From positions 23,139,237 to 23,203,236 of the forward strand of contig NC_092672.1 in assembly GCF_964355755.1 (NCBI RefSeq): a stretch of 64,000 bases of DNA, read 5' to 3'. A model generated the notes under the pieces. That model was not told where the DNA came from. It was given only the letters and a program-made list of their open reading frames with translations, and did no database searches. The translations under genes were made by a program, and so were the position numbers. The DNA comes from Antedon mediterranea. Taxonomy: Eukaryota > Animalia > Echinodermata. Numbering within the stretch: the stretch's first letter is position 1; each line of letters opens with the position of its first letter. Below, in pieces: positions 39,131-53,196 of the stretch.

Positions 39131-40557
39131 TGTTGATCGTCATACCTTTAATTGCAACAACAGATTCTAATTAAATGCTATTAACTAAAATATGCTGCCA
39201 ATGAGAGTTACCCCTTACTATAAGATCACTTATGCTACACTAGATGAGTATGCCTATCATTGTGGAACATTTATAGTTAGCTAGGCCTTCATAGGCAGGC
39301 TTAGCTTGCCTTAGGACTAGGAGACCTATCCCTAGGCCTAGCCTAGTAACTTGAAAGTAACTACTCCGTATAGCTGTATTAATAATATTAAAGGTATTCT
39401 AAAATTGCATGGTAAGTACCTATGGATAAAGTATGTTTATAATGAATATATAAAGCAAACAAAATGTAAACTTACACTTCAATTCAATTTACAGAAGTTT
39501 AATGAACTACAAATACATGACATGCATGACAGAATAAAAACTTTCAACCAGTAAAAAAACTTACAAGGTCAAAGGGTTATTCCATTATTTTGTAATGAGT
39601 ATAGATCAATATTTACATTTCTATTAATTTTTTAATCTTATAGTAGATTAATGATAAAAGTTTCTATTACAATGAATATAAATATCACCATTGGCTTTCA
39701 ATTAATGCAAAATTTATCGTTGTACGACAAGTAGTTCACGAGATAGCATTTTTTTGCAATTTTTATCAAAAAATGAGTGAAAATTGTTATTTTACGTATA
39801 CACGGTCACAATGTAACACAAATTTTAAAAAAAATTTTGACATTCACTCCTATATGACTGGAGCAGTTTTTAAAAGTTGCTCGAAAAATATTGAAGAATA
39901 TATTATTTAGCTATTGATATTAAAAAAAAATAAAAATATCAAATTTTACCCAAAAAATGAAAAAAAATTGTTTATTTTACAAATATTTTGTAAAATAATT
40001 ACTGAAATGACTTTTAATGAAAATCAATGTTTAGTATAATTCATCAGCTTTAATTTGAGCCTAATTTCAAAGAAATTGATGTACGTTAACACGTCCTGTG
40101 CCATAAAATAAAAATATTGGTAAAATGTGGGTCAAAAAGTATGTCATTGACCTCTGACCCCAAGACCCAGCACTCACAACACTTAAGAATCGGGTTTTCA
40201 GATGTACCAAAGTATGTCACACACAAAAATCATATTAAGACCAATGGTAAAATATGTGCACTATATTGATCCATCTCTCAGACTAACAGATAAAATGTTA
40301 TTTTAAAGCTTTAAGGCCACATTTATATTTGTACCTAATACATTCTTATTCAAAATACTCAAGTTTAAGATATAAACTAATTGTATATAGTGTAATAAAT
40401 TGACCTTTGACCTAGACTCGAAAGGCAAAGTTAAATTAGTTATTCTGAATTTTAAGAATAATGTTTGTATGTGTTTCTTTCATTCTTTACAAAAACTTGG
40501 TGGTTAAAGAGAAAATTAGGAAATAGTTTTCAAATGGCAGCCATTTTGAATTTATGG

Positions 40558-43500
40558 AAAACAAGTAATTACTAATACACAACCCAGGGTATAGATACTA
40601 ATATCTATATAGGCCTATATTAACACAAGTAATTACTAATACACAACCCAGGGTATAGATACTAATATCTATATAGGCCTATATTAAAACAAGTAATTAC
40701 TAATACACAACCCAAGGTATAGATACTAATATCTATATAGGCCTATATTAAAACAAGTAATTACTAATACACAACCCAGGGTATAGATACTAATATCTAT
40801 ATAGGCCTATATTAAAACAAGTAATTACTAATACACAACCCAGGGTATAGATACTAATATCTATATAGGCCTATATTAAAACAAGTAATTACTAATACAC
40901 AACCCAGGGTATAGATACTAATATCTATATAGGCCTATATTAAAACAAGTAATTACTAATACACAACCCAGGGTATAGATACTAATATCTATATAGGCCT
41001 ATATTAAAACAAGTAATTACTAATACACAACCCAGGGTATAGATACTAATATCTATATAGGCCTATATTAAAACAAGTAATTACTAATACACAACCCAGG
41101 GTATAGATACTAATATCTATATAGGCCTATATTAAAACAAGTAATTACTAATACACAACCCAGGGTATAGATACTAATATCTATATAGGCCTATATTAAA
41201 ACAAGTAATTACTAATACACAACCCAGGGTATAGATACTAATATCTATATAGGCCTATATTAAAACAAGTAATTACTAATACACAACCCAGGGTATAGAT
41301 ACTAATATCTATATAGGCCTATATTAAAACAAGTAATTACTAATACACAACCCAGGGTATAGATACTAATATCTATATAGGCCTATATTAAAACAAGTAA
41401 TTACTAATACACAACCCAGGGTATAGATACTAATATCTATATAGGCCTATATTAAAACAAGTAATTACTAATACACAACCCAGGGTATAGATACTAATAT
41501 CTATATAGGCCTATATTAACACAAGTAATTACTAATACACAACCCAGGGTATAGATACTAATATCTATATAGGCCTATATTAAAACAAGTAATTACTAAT
41601 ACACAACCCAGGGTATAGATACTAATATCTATATAGGCCTATATTAAAACAAGTAATTACTAATACACAACCCAGGGTATAGATACTAATATCTATATAG
41701 GCCTATATTAACACAAGTAATTACTAATACACAACCCAGGGTATAGATACTAATATCTATATAGGCCTATATTAACACAAGTAATTACTAATACACAACC
41801 CAGGGTATAGATACTAATATCTATATAGGCCTATATTAAAACAAGTAATTACTAATACACAACCCAGGGTATAGATACTAATATCTATATAGGCCTATAT
41901 TAACACAAGTAATTACTAATACACAACCCAGGGTATAGATACTAATATCTATATAGGCCTATATTAACACAAGTAATTACTAATACACAACCCAGGGTAT
42001 AGATACTAATATCTATATAGGCCTATATTAACACAAGTAATTACTAATACACAACCCAGGGTATAGATACTAATATCTATATAGGCCTATATTAAAACAA
42101 GTAATTACTAATACACAACCCAGGGTATAGATACTAATATCTATATAGGCCTATATTAACACAAGTAATTACTAATACACAACCCAGGGTATAGATACTA
42201 ATATCTATATAGGCCTATATTAAAACAAGTAATTACTAATACACAACCCAAGGTATAGATACTAATATCTATATAGGCCTATATTAACACAAGTAATTAC
42301 TAATACACAACCCAGGGTATAGATACTAATATCTATATAGGCCTATATTAACACAAGTAATTACTAATACACAACCCAGGGTATAGATACTAATATCTAT
42401 ATAGGCCTATATTAACACAAGTAATTACTAATACACAACCCAGGGTATAGATACTAATATCTATATAGGCCTATATTAAAACAAGTAATTACTAATACAC
42501 AACCCAGGGTATAGATACTAATATCTATATAGGCCTATATTGAAACAAGTAATTACTAATACACAACCCAGGGTATAGATACTAATATCTATATAGGCCT
42601 ATATTAACACAAGTAATTACTAATACACAACCCAAGGTATAGATACTAATATCTATATAGGCCTATATTAACACAAGTAATTACTAATACACAACCCAGG
42701 GTATAGATACTAATATCTATATAGGCCTATATTAACACAAGTAATTACTAATACACAACCCAGGGTATAGATACTAATATCTATATAGGCCTATATTAAA
42801 ACAAGTAATTACTAATACACAACCCAGGGTATAGATACTAATATCTATATAGGCCTATATTAAAACAAGTAATTACTACTACACAACCCAGGGTAGATAC
42901 TAATATCTATATAGGCCTATATTAACACAAGTAATTACTAATACACAACCCAGGGTATAGATACTAATATCTATATAGGCCTATATTAAAACAAGTAATT
43001 ACTAATACACAACCCAAGGTATAGATACTAATATCTATATAGGCCTATATTAAAACAAGTAATTACTAATACACAACCCAAGGTATAGATACTAATATCT
43101 ATATAGGCCTATATTAACACAAGTAATTACTAATACACAACCCAAGGTATAGATACTAATATCTATATAGGCCTATATTAAAACAAGTAATTACTAATAC
43201 ACAACCCAGGGTATAGATACTAATATCTATATAGGCCTATATTAACACAAGTAATTACTAATACACAACCCAAGGTATAGATACTAATATCTATATAGGC
43301 CTATATTAAAACAAGTAATTACTAATACACAACCCAGGGTATAGATACTAATATCTATATAGGCCTATATTAAAACAAGTAATTACTAATACACAACCCA
43401 AGGTATAGATACTAATATCTATATAGGCCTATATTAAAACAAGTAATTACTAATACACAACCCAGGGTATAGATACTAATATCTATATAGGCCTATATTA

Positions 43501-46500
43501 AAACAAGTAATTACTAATACACAACCCAGGGTATAGATACTAATATCTATATAGGCCTATATTAAAACAAGTAATTACTAATACACAACCCAGGCTAGAT
43601 ACTAATATCTATATAGGCCTATATTAAAACAAGTAATTACTAATACACAACCCAGGCTAGATACTAATATCTATATAGGCCTATATTAACACAAGTAATT
43701 ACTAATACACAACCCAGGGTATAGATACTAATATCTATATAGGCCTATATTAAAACAAGTAATTACTAATACACAACCCAAGGTATAGATACTAATATCT
43801 ATATAGGCCTATATTAAAACAAGTAATTACTAATACACAACCCAAGGTATAGATACTAATATCTATATAGGCCTATATTAACACAAGTAATTACTAATAC
43901 ACAACCCAAGGTATAGATACTAATATCTATATAGGCCTATATTAAAACAAGTAATTACTAATACACAACCCAGGGTATAGATACTAATATCTATATAGGC
44001 CTATATTAAAACAAGTAATTACTAATACACAACACAAGGTATAGATACTAATATCTATATAGGCCTATATTAAAACAAGTAATTACTAATACACAACCCA
44101 AGGTATAGATACTAATATCTATATAGGCCTATATTAAAACAAGTAATTACTAATACACTACCCAGGGTATAGATACTAATATCTATATAGGCCTATATTA
44201 ACACAAGTAATTACTAATACACAACCCAGGGTATAGATACTAATATCTATATAGGCCTATATTAACACAAGTAATTACTAATACACAACCCAGGGTAGAT
44301 ACTAATATCTATATAGGCCTATATTAACACAAGTAATTACTAATACACAACCCAGGGTATAGATACTAATATCTATATAGGCCTATATTAAAACAAGTAA
44401 TTACTAATACACAACCCAAGGTATAGATACTAATATCTATATAGGACTATATTAAAACAAGTAATTACTAATACACAACCCAGGGTATAGATACTAATAT
44501 CTATATAGGCCTATATTAAAACAAGTAATTACTAATACACAACCCAGGGTATAGATACTAATATCTATATAGGCCTATATTAACACAAGTAATTACTAAT
44601 ACACAACCCAGGGTATAGATACTAATATCTATATAGGCCTATATTAACACAAGTAATTACTAATACACAACCCAGGGTATAGATACTAATATCTATATAG
44701 GCCTATATTAACACAAGTAATTACTAATACACAACCCAGGGTATAGATACTAATATCTATATAGGCCTATATTAACACAAGTAATTACTAATACACAACC
44801 CAGGGTATAGATACTAATATCTATATAGGCCTATATTAACACAAGTAATTACTAATACACAACCCAGGGTATAGATACTAATATCTATATAGGCCTATAT
44901 TAAAACAAGTAATTACTAATACACAACCCAGGGTATAGATACTAATATCTATATAGGCCTATATTAACACAAGTAATTACTAATACACAACCCAGGGTAT
45001 AGATACTAATATCTATATAGGCCTATATTAACACAAGTAATTACTAATACACAACCCAGGGTATAGATACTAATATCTATATAGGCCTATATTAAAACAA
45101 GTAATTACTAATACACAACCCAGGGTATAGATACTAATATCTATATAGGCCTATATTAACACAAGTAATTACTAATACACAACCCAGGGTATAGATACTA
45201 ATATCTATATAGGCCTATATTAAAACAAGTAATTACTAATACACAACCCAGGGTATAGATACTAATATCTATATAGGCCTATATTAAAACAAGTAATTAC
45301 TAATACACAACCCAGGGTATAGATACTAATATCTATATAGGCCTATATTAACACAAGTAATTACTAATACACAACCCAGGGTATAGTATACAAATAATGA
45401 ATGTTTATGAGTGCAATGGTACAAATAATGGCACGAGGTGAATGATGAAATGTTATATCAACGAGGCAAAGCCGAGTTGATATAACCTTTCATCATTCAC
45501 CAAGTGCCATTATTTGTACCATTACACGAATACAAAACATTCATTATTTGTTTTATATAACATCTAAATAACAAACAAAAATGTTTCAAAAAGTACTATT
45601 TAACGATCGTTGAATAGTGCGTACTATTGCACGCCATGTGACCCACATTCGTCCAATCAAATGACAGGAATTTATATAGGTGTTATATAAATACTAATAT
45701 CTATATAGGCCTATATTAAAACAAGTAATTACTAATACACAACCCAGGGTATAGATACTAATATCTATATAGGCCTATATTAACACAAGTAATTACTAAT
45801 ACACAACCCAGGGTATAGATACTAATATCTATATAGGCCTATATTAAAACAAGTAATTACTAATACACAACCCAAGGTATAGATACTAATATCTATATAG
45901 GCCTATATTAACACAAGTAATTACTAATACACAACCCAGGGTATAGATACTAATATCTATATAGGCCTATATTAACACAAGTAATTACTAATACACAACC
46001 CAGGGTATAGATACTAATATCTATATAGGCCTATATTAACACAAGTAATTACTAATACACAACCCAAGGTATAGATACTAATATCTATATAGGCCTATAT
46101 TAAAACAAGTAATTACTAATACACAACCCAGGGTATAGATACTAATATCTATATAGGCCTATATTAAAACAAGTAATTACTAATACACAACCCAGGGTAT
46201 AGATACTAATATCTATATAGGCCTATATTAAAACAAGTAATTACTAATACACAACCCAGGGTATAGATACTAATATCTATATAGGCCTATATTAACACAA
46301 GTAATTACTAATACACAACCCAGGGTATAGATACTAATATCTATATAGGCCTATATTAACACAAGTAATTACTAATACACAACCCAGGGTATAGATACTA
46401 ATATCTATATAGGCCTATATTAAAACAAGTAATTACTAATACACAACCCAGGGTATAGATACTAATATCTATATAGGCCTATATTAACACAAGTAATTAC

Positions 46501-49500
46501 TAATACACAACCCAGGGTATAGATACTAATATCTATATAGCCCTATATTAAAACAAGTAATTACTAATAAACAACCCAGGGTATAGATACTAATAGGCCT
46601 ATCTATATAGGCATATATTAAAACAAGTAATTACTAATACACAACCCAAGGTATAGATACTAATATCTATATAGGCCTATATTAAAACAAGTAATTACTA
46701 ATACACAACCCAGGGTATAGATACTAATATCTATATAGGCCTATATTAAAACAAGTAATTACTAATACACAACCCAGGGTATAGATACTAATATCTATAT
46801 AGGCCTATATTAACACAAGTAATTACTAATACACAACCCAGGGTATAGATACTAATATCTATATAGGCCTATATTAACACAAGTAATTACTAATACACAA
46901 CCCAGGGTATAGATACTAATATCTATATAGGCCTATATTAAAACAAGTAATTACTAATACACAACCCAGGGTATAGATACTAATATCTATATAGGCCTAT
47001 ATTAAAACAAGTAATTACTAATACACAACCCAGGGTATAGATACTAATATCTATATAGGCCTATATTAACACAAGTAATTACTAATACACAACCCAGGGT
47101 ATAGATACTAATATCTATATAGGCCTATATTAAAACAAGTAATTACTAATACACAACCCAGGGTATAGATACTAATATCTATATAGGCCTATATTAAAAC
47201 AAGTAATTACTAATACACAACCCAGGGTATAGATACTAATATCTATATAGGCCTATATTAACACAAGTAATTACTAATACACAACCCAGGGTATAGATAC
47301 TAATATCTATATAGGCCTATATTAAAACAAGTAATTACTAATACACAACCCAAGGTATAGATACTAATATCTATATAGGCCTATATTAACACAAGTAATT
47401 ACTAATACACAACCCAGGGTATAGATACTAATATCTATATAGGCCTATATTAACACAAGTAATTACTAATACACAACCCAGGGTATAGATACTAATATCT
47501 ATATAGGCCTATATTAACACAAGTAATTACTAATACACAACCCAGGGTATAGATACTAATATCTATATAGGCCTATATTAAAACAAGTAATTACTAATAC
47601 ACAACCCAGGGTATAGATACTAATATCTATATAGGCCTATATAAAAACAAGTAATTACTAATACACAACCCAGGGTATAGATACTAATATCTATATAGGC
47701 CTATATTAAAACAAGTAATTACTAATACACAACCCAGGGTATAGATACTAATATCTATATAGCCCTATATTAAAACAAGTAATTACTAATACACAACCCA
47801 GGGTATAGATACTAATATCTATATAGGCCTATATTAAAACAAGTAATTACTAATACACAACCCAGGGTATAGATACTAATATCTATATAGGCCTATATTA
47901 AAACAAGTAATTACTAATACACAACCCAGGGTATAGATACTAATATCTATATAGGCCTATATAAAAACAAGTAATTACTAATACACAACCCAGGGTATAG
48001 ATACTAATATCTATATAGGCCTATATTAAAACAAGTAATTACTAATACACAACCCAGGGTATAGATACTAATATCTATATAGCCCTATATTAAAACAAGT
48101 AATTACTAATACACAACCCAGGGTATAGATACTAATATCTATATAGGCCTATATTAAAACAAGTAATTACTAATACACAACCCAGGGTATAGATACTAAT
48201 ATCTATATAGGCCTATATTAAAACAAGTAATTACTAATACACAACCCAGGGTATAGATACTAATATCTATATAGCCCTATATTAAAACAAGTAATTACTA
48301 ATACACAACCCAGGGTATAGATACTAATATCTATATAGGCCTATATTAACACAAGTAATTACTAATACACAACCCAGGGTATAGATACTAATATCTATAT
48401 AGGCCTATATTAAAACAAGTAATTACTAATACACAACCCAGGGTATAGATACTAATATCTATATAGGCCTATATTAAAACAAGTAATTACTAATACACAA
48501 CCCAGGGTATAGATACTAATAATAATATCTATATAGCCCTATATTAAAACAAGTAATTATTAATACACAACCCAGGGTATAGATACTAATATCTATATAG
48601 CCCTATATTAAAACAAGTAATTACTAATACACAACCCAAGGTATAGATACTAATATCTATATAGGCCTATATTAAAACAAGTAATTACTAATACACAACC
48701 CAGGGTATAGATACTAATATCTATATAGGCCTATATTAAAACAAGTAATTACTAATACACAACCCAGGGTATAGATTCTAATATCTATATAGGCCTATAT
48801 TAAAACAAGTAATTACTAATACACAACCCAGGGTATAGATACTAATATCTATATAGGCCTATATTAACACAAGTAATTACTAATACACAACCCAGGCTAG
48901 ATACTAATATCTATATAGGCCTATATTAAAACAAGTAATTACTAATACACAACCCAGGGTATAGATACTAATATCTATATAGGCCTATATTAAAACAAGT
49001 AATTACTAATACACAACCCAGGGTATAGATACTAATATCTATATAGCCCTATATTAAAACAAGTAATTACTAATACACAACCCAAGGTATAGATACTAAT
49101 ATCTATATAGGCCTATATTAAAACAAGTAATTACTAATACACAACCCAGGGTATAGATACTAATATCTATATAGGCCTATATTAAAACAAGTAATTACTA
49201 ATACACAACCCAGGGTATAGATACTAATATCTATATAGCCCTATATTAAAACAAGTAATTACTAATACACAACCCAAGGTATAGATACTAATATCTATAT
49301 AGGCCTATATTAAAACAAGTAATTACTAATACACAACCCAGGGTATAGATACTAATATCTATATAGGCCTATATTAAAACAAGTAATTACTAATACACAA
49401 CCCAGGGTATAGATTCTAATATCTATATAGGCCTATATTAAAACAAGTAATTACTAATACACAACCCAGGGTATAGATACTAATATCTATATAGGCCTAT

Positions 49501-49887
49501 ATTAACACAAGTAATTACTAATACACAACCCAGGGTATAGATACTAATATCTATATAGGCCTATATTAAAACAAATAATTACTAATACACAACCCAGGGT
49601 ATAGATACTAATATCTATATAGGCCTATATTAAAACAAGTAATTACTAATACACAACCCAAGGTATAGATACTAATATCTATATAGGCCTATATTAAAAC
49701 AAGTAATTACTAATACACAACCCAAGGTATAGATACTAATATCTATATAGGCCTATATTAACACAAGTAATTACTAATACACAACCCAGGGTCTAGATAC
49801 TAATATCTATATAGGCCTATATTAAAACAAGTAATTACTAATACACAACCCAGGGTATAGATACTAATATCTATATAGGCCTATATT
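40558..49887. repeat. Satellite array, 64-bp unit, about 140 copies
   Basis: Unit aaacaagtaattactaatacacaacccagggtatagatactaatatctatataggcctatatta; period 64 (40561 to 40625); few variant sites. Confidence 0.98.
45387..45690. mobile_element. 304-bp double-hairpin element inserted in the satellite
   Basis: Splits one unit between gtatag and atactaat; inverted arms of about 75 bp at 45391-45550 around gaggcaaagccga; second inverted pair ttatataacatcta / taggtgttatataa. Confidence 0.75.
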
Positions 49888-50212
49888 ATGATTTACGTAA
49901 ATTTTCATTCAATTTCATATTCATTGACATGAAACTTACTCATGCGTGAAAACCAAATCAAAGCTGAAAGAGCTCCACAAAGACCCTGAATTCTTACAGT
50001 GTAATGGATCTTAAGTATTATTGTACAACATTTGTATTATTGTTTGTATTGTGAATACAAATTGCTACGACAGCACACGCATGTAAAAATGGAATTTAGT
50101 CAATATTCATTATTCTTTCAACATATACAGTAGACAATTTGCGGCATTTGACACAACCTTGATACTGGTGGTAGTTCCTGGATTAACATACTTAATCCTG
50201 ACATGAACTGTA

Positions 50213-50809
50213 TTATAGCCTAACTGGACCATGATACAGCAAACCAAGTAACGCAATACCAAAAGCTATATCAACTGCAGGAGTTGTTGCAACTTGCACA
50301 AACTTGTTATTGATGGTAGTAGATCCTTGATTTACAGGCGCCTCTTCAACACGTCTACCATTCTGGTGCTCACTAACTTTTGGTTTATGTGTAGCACATT
50401 GTTCATCTGAGCTCTTCTTTTGAGATATTTCATTCCCATCTTTCTTTTGTTCAATGTTTACTATGCCTATTGTATTTCCCTCACTTCTACCACTATTACA
50501 GTTCAGGTTACCATTTTCATGAAATTGTATTCTAGAATCGGTAAACTTATCTCTCTTGTCGTGATCTTCAACTTCTTTACTGGTAAACTTATCTCTCTTG
50601 TCGTGATCTTCAACTTCTTTACTGGTAAACTTATCTCTCTTGTCTTGATCTTCAACTTCTTTGGTGCCATTGCTTGAACTAATCACTGACAGGTTACTGT
50701 CATGAGGTTCATTATCCAATGATACTGCTGACAGTATACCTTCTGTTAATATGCTATTGTTTTGTTGCGATTGTTCATCATTGCATTCTTGCACATCAGA
50801 ATCAGCAAA
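50213..50809 (-). CDS. MYO19: Myosin XIX terminal (tail) exon
   Basis: ttaccag|FADSDVQECND...; contains a 42-bp x3 repeat (KEVEDHDKRDKFTS) and ends in a hydrophobic segment; phase fits the preceding IQ exon. Confidence 0.65.
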   Translation of the reverse strand, partial: FADSDVQECNDEQSQQNNSILTEGILSAVSLDNEPHDSNLSVISSSNGTKEVEDQDKRDKFTSKEVEDHDKRDKFTSKEVEDHDKRDKFTDSRIQFHENGNLNCNSGRSEGNTIGIVNIEQKKDGNEISQKKSSDEQCATHKPKVSEHQNGRRVEEAPVNQGSTTINNKFVQVATTPAVDIAFGIALLGLLYHGPVRL

Positions 50810-51165
50810 CTGGTAAAAATAAATGTTAAATTGTATTAAATTGTATCAAGAAAAAAAAATATTAGATTAAAAATCATAAACTGAATGTTTATGATGTGAA
50901 TATGGAGAATATTTCACAAAAATTAACTGATTGACCATTTAATGAAGCGGAACCAAGCACAGGCAATCTCTCAGTAAATGAAATATACTTTATTCAACAT
51001 TATTAGTTTTATAACACAGTACATATGATGATGTGTTAATTTAACATCATTAAAGTAAGTACATGTAAATGAGGATGTGTTAGTGATGAAGGAACATACT
51101 TCACATTGTAAAGTTTGTTGGTGCAGCGAAGATTGAAAATTGTGAGTTTTAAGTAAAAGGCCTAC

Positions 51166-51308
51166 CTCGTCTGAATTCAATTCATTTAATTGTTCATCTA
51201 ACTTGCGTTGGTGTAAACGAATTGAATATCCAATCATAGCATACTGTATGACACGTGCTGCCTCATGTCGTCTCTTTACATCTTCTCTCGCCTTCCAGCC
51301 TCTCAAAC
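51166..51308 (-). CDS. MYO19: Myosin XIX IQ exon
   Basis: GLRGWKAREDVKRRHEAARVIQYAMIGYSIRLHQRKLDEQLNELNSDE; ttgtag| and |gtaggc. Confidence 0.8.
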
Positions 51309-51540
51309 CTACAACATATCAATTCTAATTAGTGACTCAGCATCATAGCATACTGTATGACACGTGCTGCCTCATGTCGTCTCTTTACATCTTCTCCTGC
51401 CTTCCAGCCTCTCAAACCTACAACATATCAATTCTAATTAGTGACTCGGCATCATAGCATACTGTATGACACGTGCTGCCTCATGTCATCTCTTTACATC
51501 TTCTCTCACCTTCCAGCCTCTAAAACCTACAACACATCAA
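51232..51540. repeat. 109-bp x3 tandem repeat of the acceptor and exon 5' end
   Basis: Acceptor copies put exon starts at 51308, 51417 and 51526. Confidence 0.9.
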
Positions 51541-51582
51541 TCCGTGACTTACAGTATATAAACACATTTAGTTTAATTTTAA

Positions 51583-52976
51583 AGTGGAGCTACACTCAGA
51601 CTTTCTCAGCTTATATCATGTTTAAGTATGTTTAATTGAAAGTGATTGCATAAAAAAAACCAGGAAAATACGGAAATATTTTCCAAAAACTCATTTCTAA
51701 AAAATCGGTCAGGAAATAGTGTTTTTTAACACATTACAGTTTTTCAGTAACTTAGGGGTTATTAGTTTACAATACGTCGCAAAACGCGTTACACTTAGCG
51801 ACTGACGCGTTTTAGTCGCCGGTCAACGCATTGACGAAATGTCTCCCCTTTGGTAAATTATGTGTCGAAAAATGGGGAATAAATTTTATACACACAATTA
51901 ATACGATTTGTTTAGGCCTAAGTAATATTTCCGATAAGAATGTCAGTATAATTTACATGTAACCTCATGATTTTCACTGTACAACAACAGCATAATAATC
52001 TTATCAGATTGCTTTTAACTTTAAGCTAGGGCTAGGCCTAGCTAGCTCAGCCGTCTGCTCAGCCTAGCTAGCCTTGAATTTTTGTCTAGAGCCTAGAGGC
52101 CTATGTATTCATAGGCATGGTCGTTTAGCCCCATTTATCGTTCCTGGGTTTTCTCGCACATTAAGAATTGTGAAACACAAAATCCTATAGTATACAGAAC
52201 AAGAGTAGTAAAGAGTAGTAAAGCGATGTGCAAGCTTAGACCTGACTGAAAAGCAACTATTCAGGCACCCTATCATGGCCCATGGGTAGGCCAAGGTCGG
52301 GTGCCAGCAAAACAAACTTCACTGCTGTCAGCCTACTAGCCTATCTAGAGGCCAAGCAGCATCGGTACATACCTACACTCTAGTAGGCCTAGGCCTAGCT
52401 TTATTGAATATATAGCCACGTCTTTCTCAAATCTCGTTAAATTTGACATTTTAGTAATAGTCTCATAATCACATTATTACACTGTGAAACATAATAGGGT
52501 CACATTCAGAATGTTTTAATATATACTTTTCGCCCGTCAAAAATAACATCGCGACAAAATAACAGATCGCCAGCTGCAGTAGTGTGATTGTGAAAAATGT
52601 CACGTGATCGTACTCCCTAGCAAAATAAAAAACCCAATTGGACCCGAACGGGGGAAAGTGTCTATTTACGCAAAATTGCGCAATGTATATGTGATAAAAA
52701 TACCAGAAATAGAAAGATCTGGAAAAATTACATCAATATACATTTTTTTTTTGGTGAAGAAATGAATTTTTTAGGATTATTCAAATATACCCCCCTTTTG
52801 CATGTAAAATAATAGGAAATTACAAGGTATCCCCCCAAAACGCAAAAAGGCGTGATTTTCAAGAAAATCGTACTCGTTGAAAAAAAATTCAAAAAAATAT
52901 GAAGTATAAGGGATGATATTTTTAAATAATAGTTGAAATATATGAAAAATAGTAATTTTCTGGGTGGAGCTCCACT
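51583..52976. mobile_element. Kolobok-like non-autonomous DNA transposon
   Basis: TTAA on both flanks; TIRs agtggagctacactcaga / tctgggtggagctccact, starting with purines (AG). Confidence 0.7.
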
Positions 52977-53069
52977 TTAAAAATGTTAAAATGAATAAAA
53001 GTCAAGAATGTAATTGGTAACAGCATAATGCCTGCAAGATATTTGGCAAAACACTATTACAATCAATAC

Positions 53070-53196
53070 CTGCTTGAATGATGACCACAGCTGCCTCTTG
53101 TTTACTTTTGGTTGCCAGGATCTTCCTCCACCATATCTGTATTACACCAGCACTTAAATTGAATTCCTTCAATCTTGCAACTTCAAGTTTATCCAA
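53070..53196 (-). CDS. MYO19: Myosin XIX exon: lever arm and IQ motifs
   Basis: LDKLEVARLKEFNLSAGVIQIWWRKILATKSKQEAAVVIIQA. Confidence 0.85.

Larger units (their letters stand above)
30403..40285 (-). mobile_element. Academ (AcademX-like) DNA transposon, near full-length, with two nested insertions
   Basis: Ends tagtctgagagatgg... and ...ccatctctcagacta; ACA duplicated at 30400-30402 and 40286-40288; TIRs of about 670 bp (right about 39612-40285; left 30403-30545 plus 32224-about 32750). Confidence 0.92.

Noticed and set aside
35184-39170. Several short + strand ORFs
   Set aside because: Antisense shadows of the transposase ORF with no recognisable motifs.
40558-49887. CRISPR-like array
   Set aside because: The units abut with no unique spacers, there are no cas genes and the context is eukaryotic; it is a satellite.
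49900-50212. Continuation of the myosin tail beyond the stop at 50213
   Set aside because: The frames examined contain stops and I could not recognise a convincing MYO19 C-terminal motif; an alignment with orthologs is needed.
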